DNA of 63,851 bases, filler included, from an uncultured Methanosarcinales archaeon (GTDB taxonomy: Archaea > Nanobdellota > Nanobdellia > Woesearchaeales > CAYSVS01), in assembly GCA_964434475.1 (NCBI GenBank). It is 6 parts of 6 records of this genome, joined end to end, with 100 filler letters (N's around TTAATTAATTAA, not from the genome) between each part and the next. Parts side by side here need not be neighbours in the genome. Positions count along the whole stretch, not along the records: positions 1 to 12,050 come from CAYSVS010000041.1; positions 12,151 to 23,624 come from CAYSVS010000042.1; 4 more parts are not named here. One strand, written 5' to 3'. Position 1 is the first letter of the stretch; the number at the start of each line of letters is the position of its first letter. Shown piece by piece: positions 9,051 to 17,383 of the stretch. The translations under genes and the position numbers were made by a program. Under the pieces are notes generated by a model. That model saw nothing but the letters and a program-made list of their open reading frames with translations. It searched no databases and was not told where the DNA came from.

Positions 9051-9139
9051 ATTGGATATAAGACCTATTATGCGCATTTCTTTTTCGCATAATGTGCGTA
9101 TAAAGTGGTTATTGCGCATAATTAGGTCTTAAGTGCTTG
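9051..9139 (+). other. Terminal dif-like recombination site S5 (candidate chromosomal attachment site)
   Basis: ATTGGATATAA-GACCTA-TTATGCGCATT (11-6-11, 9051-9078), an extra half-site TTTTCGCATAA (9082-9092) and an inverted copy ATTGCGCATAA-TTAGGTC-TTAAGTGCTTG (9111-9139). Confidence 0.75.
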
Positions 9140-9211
9140 ATTTTGGACGTATGTGTTATAGAATATGTGTGTCCTTTTAGCTCAGTTTAACATTGTTAAA
9201 TTCAGAACTGT

Positions 9212-9616
9212 TTAGTTTAGAAGATTGCTTAGCTCTTGTTTTATGTCAGGTATTCTTGTGCTTTGTATTGTCTTTGTCTGCTGGCGGATGCCATTTTCAT
9301 CTTTGCCGTACTGCGTATATTCTTTATTTATGTGTGTCTTGCATTTTGCTATAAATTTAGTATATCCTATATCTTTGTTAATCTTTATCTCTATTAGCCT
9401 TTCTATGCCATTATTATATTTTATCTTGTATTCTTCTGTGCAAGCTATTGATTTTCTTTTGGATATCTTAACTGCTTCGCAATACTCAGGATTATGTATC
9501 CTTTCGGAATAAAGTCTTTTGATATCCTTTAATGTTTTTACTTTATTGTTTTCAAGATAATTTAATATGCATTTTGCGGCATATTTCATATCTTTCTTTG
9601 TAATCTTTGAATTCAT
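9212..9616 (-). CDS. Hypothetical protein
   Basis: 134-aa ORF; no family recognised. Confidence 0.55.
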   Translation of the reverse strand: MNSKITKKDMKYAAKCILNYLENNKVKTLKDIKRLYSERIHNPEYCEAVKISKRKSIACTEEYKIKYNNGIERLIEIKINKDIGYTKFIAKCKTHINKEYTQYGKDENGIRQQTKTIQSTRIPDIKQELSNLLN

Positions 9617-9714
9617 GTTTTTGATATGGATAGTTTATTTAAAAATGTAGTGTGTTTTTTATTGTATAATCTATCATACAAAACATTATAAATACTCCCT
9701 TAATCAACATACTT

Positions 9715-10959
9715 ATGAAACTTATTGCTGATTTACATATTCATGGAAAATACAGCCAGGCAACTTCTAAAGAGCTTACTATCCCTAATTTAGAGAAATG
9801 GGCAAGGATAAAAGGTGTCAACTTGTTAGGCACTGCTGACTTTACACATCCAAAATGGATAGAGCATATCAAAGAAAACCTAGAAGAGGATGACACAGGA
9901 ATATTAAGAACAAAATCAGGCTTTCCTTTCATGTTACAGACAGAGCTTTCTTTAATCTACAGTCAGGGCGGAAGAGGCAGGAGAGTACATAATATTGTAC
10001 TTGCAAAAAATATAGAGGTAGTACAACAAATAACAGAGGCTTTGTTAAAAATAGGAAGAGTAGATTATGACGGAAGACCTATATTTGGCATGAGCTGCAT
10101 TGAATTTGTTGAGCTTATGAAAAGCATAGACAAAGATATAGAGATCATTCCAGCACACATATGGACTCCTTGGTTTTCTGTATTCGGAAGCAAAAGCGGT
10201 TTTGACACATTAGAAGAATGCTTTGGTGACCAACTAAAACATATACACGCATTAGAGACTGGATTAAGTAGTGATCCTGCGATGAACTGGCGTTTATCAC
10301 AATTAGACAAATATACATTGATAAGCAATTCTGATTTACATTCATTCTGGCCTTGGCGTATAGGTAGAGAAGCAAATATTTTTGAAATCAACAAATTAAC
10401 CTATGATAACATACTCCAGATTCTAAAAACAAAAGAAGGCCTAAAAGAAACTATAGAAGTGGATCCTGCATACGGTAAATATCATTATGATGGTCATAGA
10501 AAATGCAATGTGTGTTTAAAGCCGTCAGAAACTATGAAAATGCAAGGTATTTGTCCTGTATGCAAAAGACCATTGACTATAGGTGTAGAATATAGAGTAG
10601 AGCAATTAGCAGACAGACCGCAAGGATTTAAGCCAAGAAATGCTATTCCATTCAGAAGCTTAATACCTTTATCAGATATAATCTCAAAAATAAAAGGAAG
10701 AGCTGTTACAACTAAGACAGTCTGGGCTGAATATAATAACTTGATCAAGGAATTTGACAATGAATATAATATTCTATTGAATGTAGGGTCCCAGGAATTG
10801 AAGAAAGTGTGTGATGAAGAATTAGCAACAGCGATAGTCAATTCTCGATTAGGTAACATCAAAGTACAGCCTGGATTTGATGGTGAATACGGCACACCTT
10901 TATTTTCAGAAAGCGATAAAAGAGTATTTCATAATATAGAAAAAAACAAAAAGGTTTGA
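9715..10959 (+). CDS. Endonuclease Q family PHP-domain protein (TIGR00375-like)
   Basis: ADLHIHGKYS, GTADFTHP, PAHIWTPW, SNSDLHS, GKYHYDGHRKC and CPVC zinc motif. Confidence 0.9.
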   Translation: MKLIADLHIHGKYSQATSKELTIPNLEKWARIKGVNLLGTADFTHPKWIEHIKENLEEDDTGILRTKSGFPFMLQTELSLIYSQGGRGRRVHNIVLAKNIEVVQQITEALLKIGRVDYDGRPIFGMSCIEFVELMKSIDKDIEIIPAHIWTPWFSVFGSKSGFDTLEECFGDQLKHIHALETGLSSDPAMNWRLSQLDKYTLISNSDLHSFWPWRIGREANIFEINKLTYDNILQILKTKEGLKETIEVDPAYGKYHYDGHRKCNVCLKPSETMKMQGICPVCKRPLTIGVEYRVEQLADRPQGFKPRNAIPFRSLIPLSDIISKIKGRAVTTKTVWAEYNNLIKEFDNEYNILLNVGSQELKKVCDEELATAIVNSRLGNIKVQPGFDGEYGTPLFSESDKRVFHNIEKNKKV

Positions 10960-10965
10960 ATGATT

Positions 10966-11424
10966 TTATTTGACTATAACCTTTCCCTGTATTGCTTGGA
11001 AAGCTGCACTATATATCATAAATTCTCCTGTTTCTTCAAAGGTATAACTGACATTTTCACCAGGCGCTACTCTTTCAAGTTTGAAATTTTTTGAGCTATC
11101 ATAAGGTATGGGTTTGCCTAACAATCTATGCACTGCATGTCCGTTATTCTTCCACATAACTGTAGTTCCTTTGGTAATCTCTATCTCTATAGGGTCAAAT
11201 TGTTTGTTTAAATTTATTTCCCTATATTCTATTTCTTTTGGCTCCTCTATTTTAGGTTCTTGTTTATCTGGCTCAGAAACAGGTTCTTCAGATTCGGTTT
11301 CAGGAATAATCTCTGTTGGTACAGTCTCTTGTTCAGGTTCAACTATCGGCTCTTCAACAATCTCTTGTGGAGTACAGCCTACAATAAACATCATTAAAAT
11401 TAATCCTGTAAATATTCTTTTCAT
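10966..11424 (-). CDS. Lipoprotein with cupredoxin-like domain
   Basis: Lipobox IVGC, acidic Pro-rich linker, FDPxxIEIxKGTTVxWxN...H. Confidence 0.75.
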   Translation of the reverse strand: MKRIFTGLILMMFIVGCTPQEIVEEPIVEPEQETVPTEIIPETESEEPVSEPDKQEPKIEEPKEIEYREINLNKQFDPIEIEITKGTTVMWKNNGHAVHRLLGKPIPYDSSKNFKLERVAPGENVSYTFEETGEFMIYSAAFQAIQGKVIVK

Positions 11425-11460
11425 ATTATTATCACCTAAAAAAATAAAAGAAAAAAAGAT

Positions 11461-11931
11461 TTATTCTGTAACAGTTACAATAAGTCTGTTTCCATAGACA
11501 ACATCCATGAAAGTAAACTCGCCAGCAGTATCTAAAGGTATTTCAGTTATGTCTCCTTTGACCATTGACGCACTTCTGAAAATATCGCTGTCTCTTGATG
11601 AGATTGCGTGTCTGTTCTCATCCATAACCTTTAAGACTAAGCTTCCGCCTTTTTTGACTGTAACTTCTTCAGGTTTAAATCCTGATCTTGTTATTGTAAC
11701 ATCGACACCTTCTGGTGTTTCCATTTCTTCTGCTGTAGTTTCTTCTGTTTCTGGTGCTGCTTCCTCTTGAGGAACTTCTGGTGCTGTTTCTTCTGCCGGA
11801 GCTTCAGGTTGAGCCACAGGTTTTTCTGGTTGAGTAGTTTCAGCTGGTTCTGTTGCTTGCTTCTGTGCACAGCCAACTAGTAAAACAACCATTATAATTG
11901 CTAGTAGATATTTAATCTTCATCAAATTCAC
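11461..11931 (-). CDS. Lipoprotein with cupredoxin-like domain
   Basis: Lipobox LVGC, acidic linker, GFKPEEVTVKKG. Confidence 0.75.
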   Translation of the reverse strand: MNLMKIKYLLAIIMVVLLVGCAQKQATEPAETTQPEKPVAQPEAPAEETAPEVPQEEAAPETEETTAEEMETPEGVDVTITRSGFKPEEVTVKKGGSLVLKVMDENRHAISSRDSDIFRSASMVKGDITEIPLDTAGEFTFMDVVYGNRLIVTVTE

Positions 11932-12050
11932 CTCTGCGTTTTTTGTGATTTTATATATAATTATCTATCCTCTTTTATAAACTTTGTGTTTTTTAGGGTT
12001 CATCCGGAATAAGGTTCAAATAATATTTTAAATATGAGATTAATCATTCT

Positions 12051-12150
12051 NNNNNNNNNNNNNNNNNNNNNNNNNNNNNNNNNNNNNNNNNNNNTTAATT
12101 AATTAANNNNNNNNNNNNNNNNNNNNNNNNNNNNNNNNNNNNNNNNNNNN
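12051..12150. other. Artificial contig linker
   Basis: N44-TTAATTAATTAA-N44 (stop codons in all six frames). Confidence 0.97.
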
Positions 12151-12250
12151 GGACAAAACCCATTTTATTCTTTAAAAGCTCTAATCTAAGCTATGCACAT
12201 ACTAAGAAACGATAGTATTTTATATAATTTGTGATTGGAAAGGTGATAGT

Positions 12251-13690
12251 ATGAATATAAAAAGAATAGTCATAAGTATTGTATTGTTGGTGTTGCTTTC
12301 AAATATTGTTTTAGCTCAGAATACTGTACATCTTTATTTTTTCTATGGTGAAACATGTCCTCATTGTGCGCAGGAAGAGCTTTTTTTAGATGAGTTAGAA
12401 GATAAATATCCAGATCTAAAAGTGCACCATCATGAAGTGTATTATGATAGTCAGAATCAAAAACTGTTTAAGGAGATGGCTCAAGCTTTTGGTACAAGCG
12501 CAAGAGGTGTTCCAACAACATTTGTTAATGATAAAGTTTGGGTAGGGTATGCGCCAGCAAGAGCTTCAGAGATTGAAGAAAGAGTAAAAACATGCATAGA
12601 ACAAGGTTGTATTGATCCTTTGGAAAAGATAGGTAAAACATCAAGCAATGGTGAAATTTCGACAGATATGGAGACTGTTGTATCTGTCGAGCATTCTGGA
12701 AATGGCAATGAGCAAGAAGATAAAACTAAAGAATCTACAGATACAAATGTAGAACTGCCTTTTATTGGACAAGTAGATGCTTCAAAGATGTCTCTGCCTG
12801 CATTAACTTTGATCTTAGGATTTATAGACGGATTTAATCCTTGTGCTTTTTTTGTTCTGTTATTTTTGTTGAGTATGCTAATATATGCAAAATCAAGAAA
12901 GAGAATGCTTATAATAGGTGGAACTTTTGTATTATTTTCAGGCCTGATATATTTTATATTCATGGCAGCTTGGCTTAATATTTTTTTGCTTATTGGCTCA
13001 TTGAAAATGGTTACAACAATAGCGGGAACTGTTGCTGTAATAATCGCTGTAATTAATATTAAGGATTTCTTTTTATTCAATAAAGGTATAAGCTTATCTA
13101 TTTCTGATGAGGCAAAGCCAAAGCTGTTTCAGAGAATGAGAAATCTTCTTAGGGCAGATTCAATGACTAATATGTTGATAGGAACTATAGTCTTGGCAGT
13201 TGCAGCTAATATGTATGAATTGCTGTGCACAGCAGGATTTCCTATGGTGTTTACAAGGATCTTGACATTGAATAATTTTTCATCTTTTACATATTATATG
13301 TATTTAGTGTTTTATAATATTGTATATGTGGTGCCTTTGGCTGTTGTGGTAGGAGTATTTACTAAAACATTGGGTGCGAAAAAAATGACAGAATGGCAGG
13401 GCAGAGTGCTAAAATTATTGTCAGGGATGATGATGCTTTCTTTAGGATTGCTGCTATTGTTTGTGCCTGAGCTTCTGAATAATGTATTTATATCAGTCGG
13501 AGTCATAGCTTTTGCATTGTTTATGACATGGATAATAGTAACTGCAACAAAAGATGCATTGAAAGAACATGCTCAAGAAGATGAATGTGTTAAGATGTGC
13601 AAGGAAAATAAGAAAACAGACAATGATAAAAAGGATAAGGATTTAAACAAAGATGAGGAAGAAAAAGATAAATTTTCAAAGAAAGATTGA
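12251..13690 (+). CDS. Thioredoxin/glutaredoxin domain fused to DsbD/CcdA-like membrane domain
   Basis: Signal peptide, CPHC, DGFNPCA and ELLCTAGFP motifs; multiple TM helices. Confidence 0.85.
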   Translation: MNIKRIVISIVLLVLLSNIVLAQNTVHLYFFYGETCPHCAQEELFLDELEDKYPDLKVHHHEVYYDSQNQKLFKEMAQAFGTSARGVPTTFVNDKVWVGYAPARASEIEERVKTCIEQGCIDPLEKIGKTSSNGEISTDMETVVSVEHSGNGNEQEDKTKESTDTNVELPFIGQVDASKMSLPALTLILGFIDGFNPCAFFVLLFLLSMLIYAKSRKRMLIIGGTFVLFSGLIYFIFMAAWLNIFLLIGSLKMVTTIAGTVAVIIAVINIKDFFLFNKGISLSISDEAKPKLFQRMRNLLRADSMTNMLIGTIVLAVAANMYELLCTAGFPMVFTRILTLNNFSSFTYYMYLVFYNIVYVVPLAVVVGVFTKTLGAKKMTEWQGRVLKLLSGMMMLSLGLLLLFVPELLNNVFISVGVIAFALFMTWIIVTATKDALKEHAQEDECVKMCKENKKTDNDKKDKDLNKDEEEKDKFSKKD

Positions 13691-14001
13691 TTAAAGAGGT
13701 GGATTTGATGACTGATGATTCATGGGTAAAAGAAGAAGGCGATATTGTTGTTGTTGGTGTTAATAAAGATGCGGCGTCCAAAGTAAAAGAATTTGTTTTT
13801 GTGAAATTGCCTGAAAAAGGGAAGGATATAAAAAAAGGCGAAGAATACGTAAGCTTAGAAGCTGTAAAATGGAGCGGTCATCTTGAAAGCCCTGTAGAAG
13901 GAGAGATAGTAGAAGTGAATGATACTGTTTCAGACGATCCCAGCTTAATAAATAAGGATCCTGAGGGTAAAGGCTGGATTATGAAAGTGAAGTTGAAATG
14001 A
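13687..14001 (+). CDS. gcvH: Glycine cleavage H-like lipoyl carrier protein
   Basis: LEAVKW lipoyl-lysine motif, SPVEGEIVEVN, PSLINKDPEGKGWI. Confidence 0.85.
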   Translation: MIKEVDLMTDDSWVKEEGDIVVVGVNKDAASKVKEFVFVKLPEKGKDIKKGEEYVSLEAVKWSGHLESPVEGEIVEVNDTVSDDPSLINKDPEGKGWIMKVKLK

Positions 14002-15290
14002 AAAGAATCGTGATTATAGGGGGAGGAGCTGGCGGAACAGTTGCTGCTTTTGAATTAAGGAAATTGGACAAGGATGCTGCTATAACAATAATAGAAAAGA
14101 CAAAAAACACAGAATATTCTCATTGTGCTTTGCCTTATGTAATATCTGGAGAAATAAAGAATTTTGAATCTGTTTTTATGTTTGATGAAGAGGATTATGA
14201 AGACAATGACATCAATCTGTTGTTGAAAGAAGAAGTAAAAGCTATAGATACAAAAAAACAGCATGTTGTATTGAAAAATTCCAAGGTTAAGTACGATAAG
14301 CTTATAATCGCTACAGGGTCAAAGACTTTTGTGCCGGATATAGATGGCTTAAAGGAGTTTTATGCACTTAAAACAATAGAGGATGCGAAAAATATAGCAA
14401 AAGCAGCGAAAAAAGGCAGTACAGCAGCAATAATAGGATGCGGATATATAGGCATAGAACTGGCAGCTGCATTGAATGAAGTAGGCATGAATGTTAAGAT
14501 GATAGAAGCTTGCGAACATATTTTACCTGCGCAGTTTGACAAGAATATGGCAGATGAGATCAAAGAATATTTGTCTAAAAAAAATATAACCTTTTTTGAG
14601 GATACAAAAGTTAAGGAGATCAAGGATAACAAGGTAATCACAGACAAAAAGAAGATAGAATACGATATGCTTATCCTGAGCTGCGGTATAAGGCCTAATA
14701 TTGAATTAGCTAAAGGTTTGAAAAAAGATAAAGGCTTGATCGTAAATAAATATATGATGACTAGTGATAATAATATTTATGCCTGTGGAGATATTGTAGA
14801 AAGTACTGAAAAAAATACTGGAAAAAAGATAATGAGTCAGTTAGGCTCGACAGCATACAGACAGGCAAAAGTCATAGCTGATCATATATCTGGAAATAAA
14901 CAAGCATTTTCTGAAGTTGTCAATGCGTCTGTATCAAAAGTTGATGAAAAATATATTGGATGTGTCGGAATAACCCAAGAAAGGGCTCAGAAGCTGGGTA
15001 TAAAAACAGTAAATGCAGTATATAAAGGAATGCTTAAATCAAAATGTTATGGCAGTAAAGATAAACTTTCTCTTAAATTAGTATGCGACTCAAAAGGCAA
15101 ACTATTGGGTGGACAAGTAATAGGAACAAAAGATGTTTCTGGCAAGATTGAAGCATTGTCTCTAGCGCTTCAAAAAGAAATGAATGTAAAAGAGTTGGCT
15201 AAGGCAGAGATGCCTTATAATCCTGCAGCTGCTTCATTATATAATCATATGGTAATTGCAGCTGAAATATGCATGAAAAAGTTGGGATAA
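13998..15290 (+). CDS. FAD-dependent NAD(P)H oxidase / CoA-disulfide reductase family oxidoreductase
   Basis: GGGAGG FAD motif, single-Cys SHCALPY, GCGYIG NAD motif, IYACGD. Confidence 0.9.
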   Translation: MKRIVIIGGGAGGTVAAFELRKLDKDAAITIIEKTKNTEYSHCALPYVISGEIKNFESVFMFDEEDYEDNDINLLLKEEVKAIDTKKQHVVLKNSKVKYDKLIIATGSKTFVPDIDGLKEFYALKTIEDAKNIAKAAKKGSTAAIIGCGYIGIELAAALNEVGMNVKMIEACEHILPAQFDKNMADEIKEYLSKKNITFFEDTKVKEIKDNKVITDKKKIEYDMLILSCGIRPNIELAKGLKKDKGLIVNKYMMTSDNNIYACGDIVESTEKNTGKKIMSQLGSTAYRQAKVIADHISGNKQAFSEVVNASVSKVDEKYIGCVGITQERAQKLGIKTVNAVYKGMLKSKCYGSKDKLSLKLVCDSKGKLLGGQVIGTKDVSGKIEALSLALQKEMNVKELAKAEMPYNPAAASLYNHMVIAAEICMKKLG

Positions 15291-15291
15291 T

Positions 15292-16122
15292 ATGCAAGAA
15301 CTTCCAGACTGGTTCAGGATAAAAGATTTTGACAAAGAAGCTTACAAGAAAACATTGGATATTATCCAGGATACTGATCTTAATACTGTCTGCATATCAG
15401 CCAACTGTCCGAATAGGTATGAATGTTTCTCTAATGGGGCTGCAACTTTTATGATACTTGGTGATGTGTGTACACGGAATTGTAGATATTGTAACATTGA
15501 ATCCGGAAAGCCTGGAGAAGTTGATAAGGATGAGGTTAATAAGATAGTTGATGCAGTGAAAAAACTAAAGCTAAGATATGTTGTAATAACATCTGTTACA
15601 AGAGATGATCTTGATGATAAAGGTACAAAGCAGTTTGTGGATGTGGTCAATGCATTGAAGAAGATAGGATGCAAGGTTGAGGTGCTTATTCCAGATAATG
15701 TTGATGTAATTGAGATAATAGATGCAAAGCCTGATGTTATCAACCATAATCTGGAGGTTGTAAGAAGATTGTTTTATGGATTAAGGCCGCAGGGTGATTA
15801 TGACAAAAGCTTGAGATTATTGAAGAAAGTAAAGCAGATTAATCCAGACATGAAAACCAAATCTGGTATTATGGTAGGATTGGGTGAATCTGATGAAGAT
15901 ATTGTTCGATCTTTGGAAGATCTAAAGCAGGCAGATGTTGATATTGTTACAATAGGCCAGTATCTGCAGCCTACAGATAAACATGCAGATGTTGAAAAGT
16001 TTTATAAACCAAATGAGTTTGAATCAATAAAAGAGAAGGCTCTTGCTAAGGGTTTTAAGAATGTTTTTTCTGGACCTTTAGTAAGAAGCAGTTATAAGGC
16101 TGAGGAAGCATGTGGAGACTAA
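15292..16122 (+). CDS. lipA: Lipoyl synthase
   Basis: CX4CX5C (CISANCPNRYEC), CX3CX2C (CTRNCRYC), C-terminal RSSY. Confidence 0.95.
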   Translation: MQELPDWFRIKDFDKEAYKKTLDIIQDTDLNTVCISANCPNRYECFSNGAATFMILGDVCTRNCRYCNIESGKPGEVDKDEVNKIVDAVKKLKLRYVVITSVTRDDLDDKGTKQFVDVVNALKKIGCKVEVLIPDNVDVIEIIDAKPDVINHNLEVVRRLFYGLRPQGDYDKSLRLLKKVKQINPDMKTKSGIMVGLGESDEDIVRSLEDLKQADVDIVTIGQYLQPTDKHADVEKFYKPNEFESIKEKALAKGFKNVFSGPLVRSSYKAEEACGD

Positions 16123-16859
16123 TAAAATTAAAGGAAAATTCTGGAGCTATGAATATGGCATTAGATGAAGCCATGATGCTTGCTAGGCAGCAAGGTAAAG
16201 TTTCAAATACATTGAGATTTTTTACCTGGAATCCTGCATGTGCAAGCATAGGTTTTTTTCAAAGCTTGGACAAGGAAATAGATATTGACAAGACAAAAGA
16301 ATTAGGAATTGATGTAGTAAGAAGATATACTGGTGGAGGAGCTGTATTTCATGATGCTGAATTGACTTATTCATTTGTTCTTGACGAAAAGGATGCAAGC
16401 GATGATATTATCGAGTCTTATCATAAGATTTGCAAAGGAATAATATTTGGATTGGAAAAATTAGGGATAAAAGCTGAGTTCAAGCCTATAAATGATATCA
16501 TAGTTAATGGAAAAAAGATATCTGGGAATGCACAGACAAGAAAGAATAAGGTTATACTTCAGCATGGAACCATACTGTTAGATGTTGATGTAAATAAAAT
16601 GTTTTCTATATTGAATGTGCCTGATGAGAAAATAAAGGATAAGATGATTCAGGCTGTAGAGCAAAGAGTGACAAGCCTGAATAAGGAAATGGGCAAAGAT
16701 ACAGCTATTGAGATTGTCCAGGATGCTTTAATTGAAGGCTGGAAAAAAGCGTTTGATGTTGAATTTGAAGAACAGGATTTTACTGAATATGAATTAGAAC
16801 AAGCGAAAAAACTTTATGAAAATAAGTACAATACAAAAGAATGGTTGGAATGGCGTTAA
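16110..16859 (+). CDS. lplA: Lipoate-protein ligase catalytic subunit
   Basis: NMALDEA, RRYTGGGAVFHD, KKISGNAQ, QHGT. Confidence 0.92.
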   Translation: MWRLIKLKENSGAMNMALDEAMMLARQQGKVSNTLRFFTWNPACASIGFFQSLDKEIDIDKTKELGIDVVRRYTGGGAVFHDAELTYSFVLDEKDASDDIIESYHKICKGIIFGLEKLGIKAEFKPINDIIVNGKKISGNAQTRKNKVILQHGTILLDVDVNKMFSILNVPDEKIKDKMIQAVEQRVTSLNKEMGKDTAIEIVQDALIEGWKKAFDVEFEEQDFTEYELEQAKKLYENKYNTKEWLEWR

Positions 16860-17125
16860 AAAATATAGATTATAAGGTTGAAGGCGGAAAATTATTGCGT
16901 TTGGAAATTGATATTGATAATGGTGTGATTATACAAATTAAGATTACTGGTGATTTTTTTATGCATCCAGAAGAATCTATAATCTTAATAGAGGAAGCAT
17001 TGAAAGGAATTAATGTTGAGAATGTTGCTCATGTAGTGAGAAATGTAATAATATCTCGCGACATCAAGGTGATAGGATTTACTGCAGAGGATTTGGAGAA
17101 AGCTATAGTTCAAGTTAGTCTTTAA
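16850..17125 (+). CDS. Lipoate-protein ligase C-terminal domain protein (LplB-like)
   Basis: YKVEGGKL...IKITGDFFMHPEE. Confidence 0.85.
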   Translation: MALKNIDYKVEGGKLLRLEIDIDNGVIIQIKITGDFFMHPEESIILIEEALKGINVENVAHVVRNVIISRDIKVIGFTAEDLEKAIVQVSL

Positions 17126-17383
17126 GTTTTTCTTTTAATTACAAACTGGGTTTTATACCTCTTTGCTTTGCAATGGTTTTCAGTTTGTAATCTTAAAAAT
17201 TCCGATTGCGTAGCAAAAAATCTAGCGTATACCTTGTAGTTTGTTACGACGGGAAGTTAGATTTTAGGATTTTTCATTGATTTTCTTCATCTTTGCAAAA
17301 CTTGATTATCTTTTCAGTAATGTTATTAAATCATTGTTCTCCTATACTTAACTTTTATATCTATTCCTCTTTTTCTTTATATT

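Larger units (their letters stand above)
97..9139 (+). mobile_element. Tandem array of five gene cassettes separated by Xer/dif-like hairpin junctions (integron/IMEX-like; left end cut by contig start)
   Basis: Junctions S1 1126-1161, S2 2587-2622, S3 4672-4841, S4 6116-6253, terminal site S5 9051-9139. Each cassette is bounded by its own nested inverted repeats. Confidence 0.8.

Noticed and set aside
1126..9139. Junctions as canonical integron attC sites or a CRISPR array
   Set aside because: No RYYYAAC/GTTRRRY cores and no intI; the repeats are kb apart and separated by genes, not by 30-40 nt spacers.
12051..12150. Repeated TTAATTAATTAA palindrome within N-runs (five copies)
   Set aside because: Synthetic six-frame-stop contig linker, not biological.
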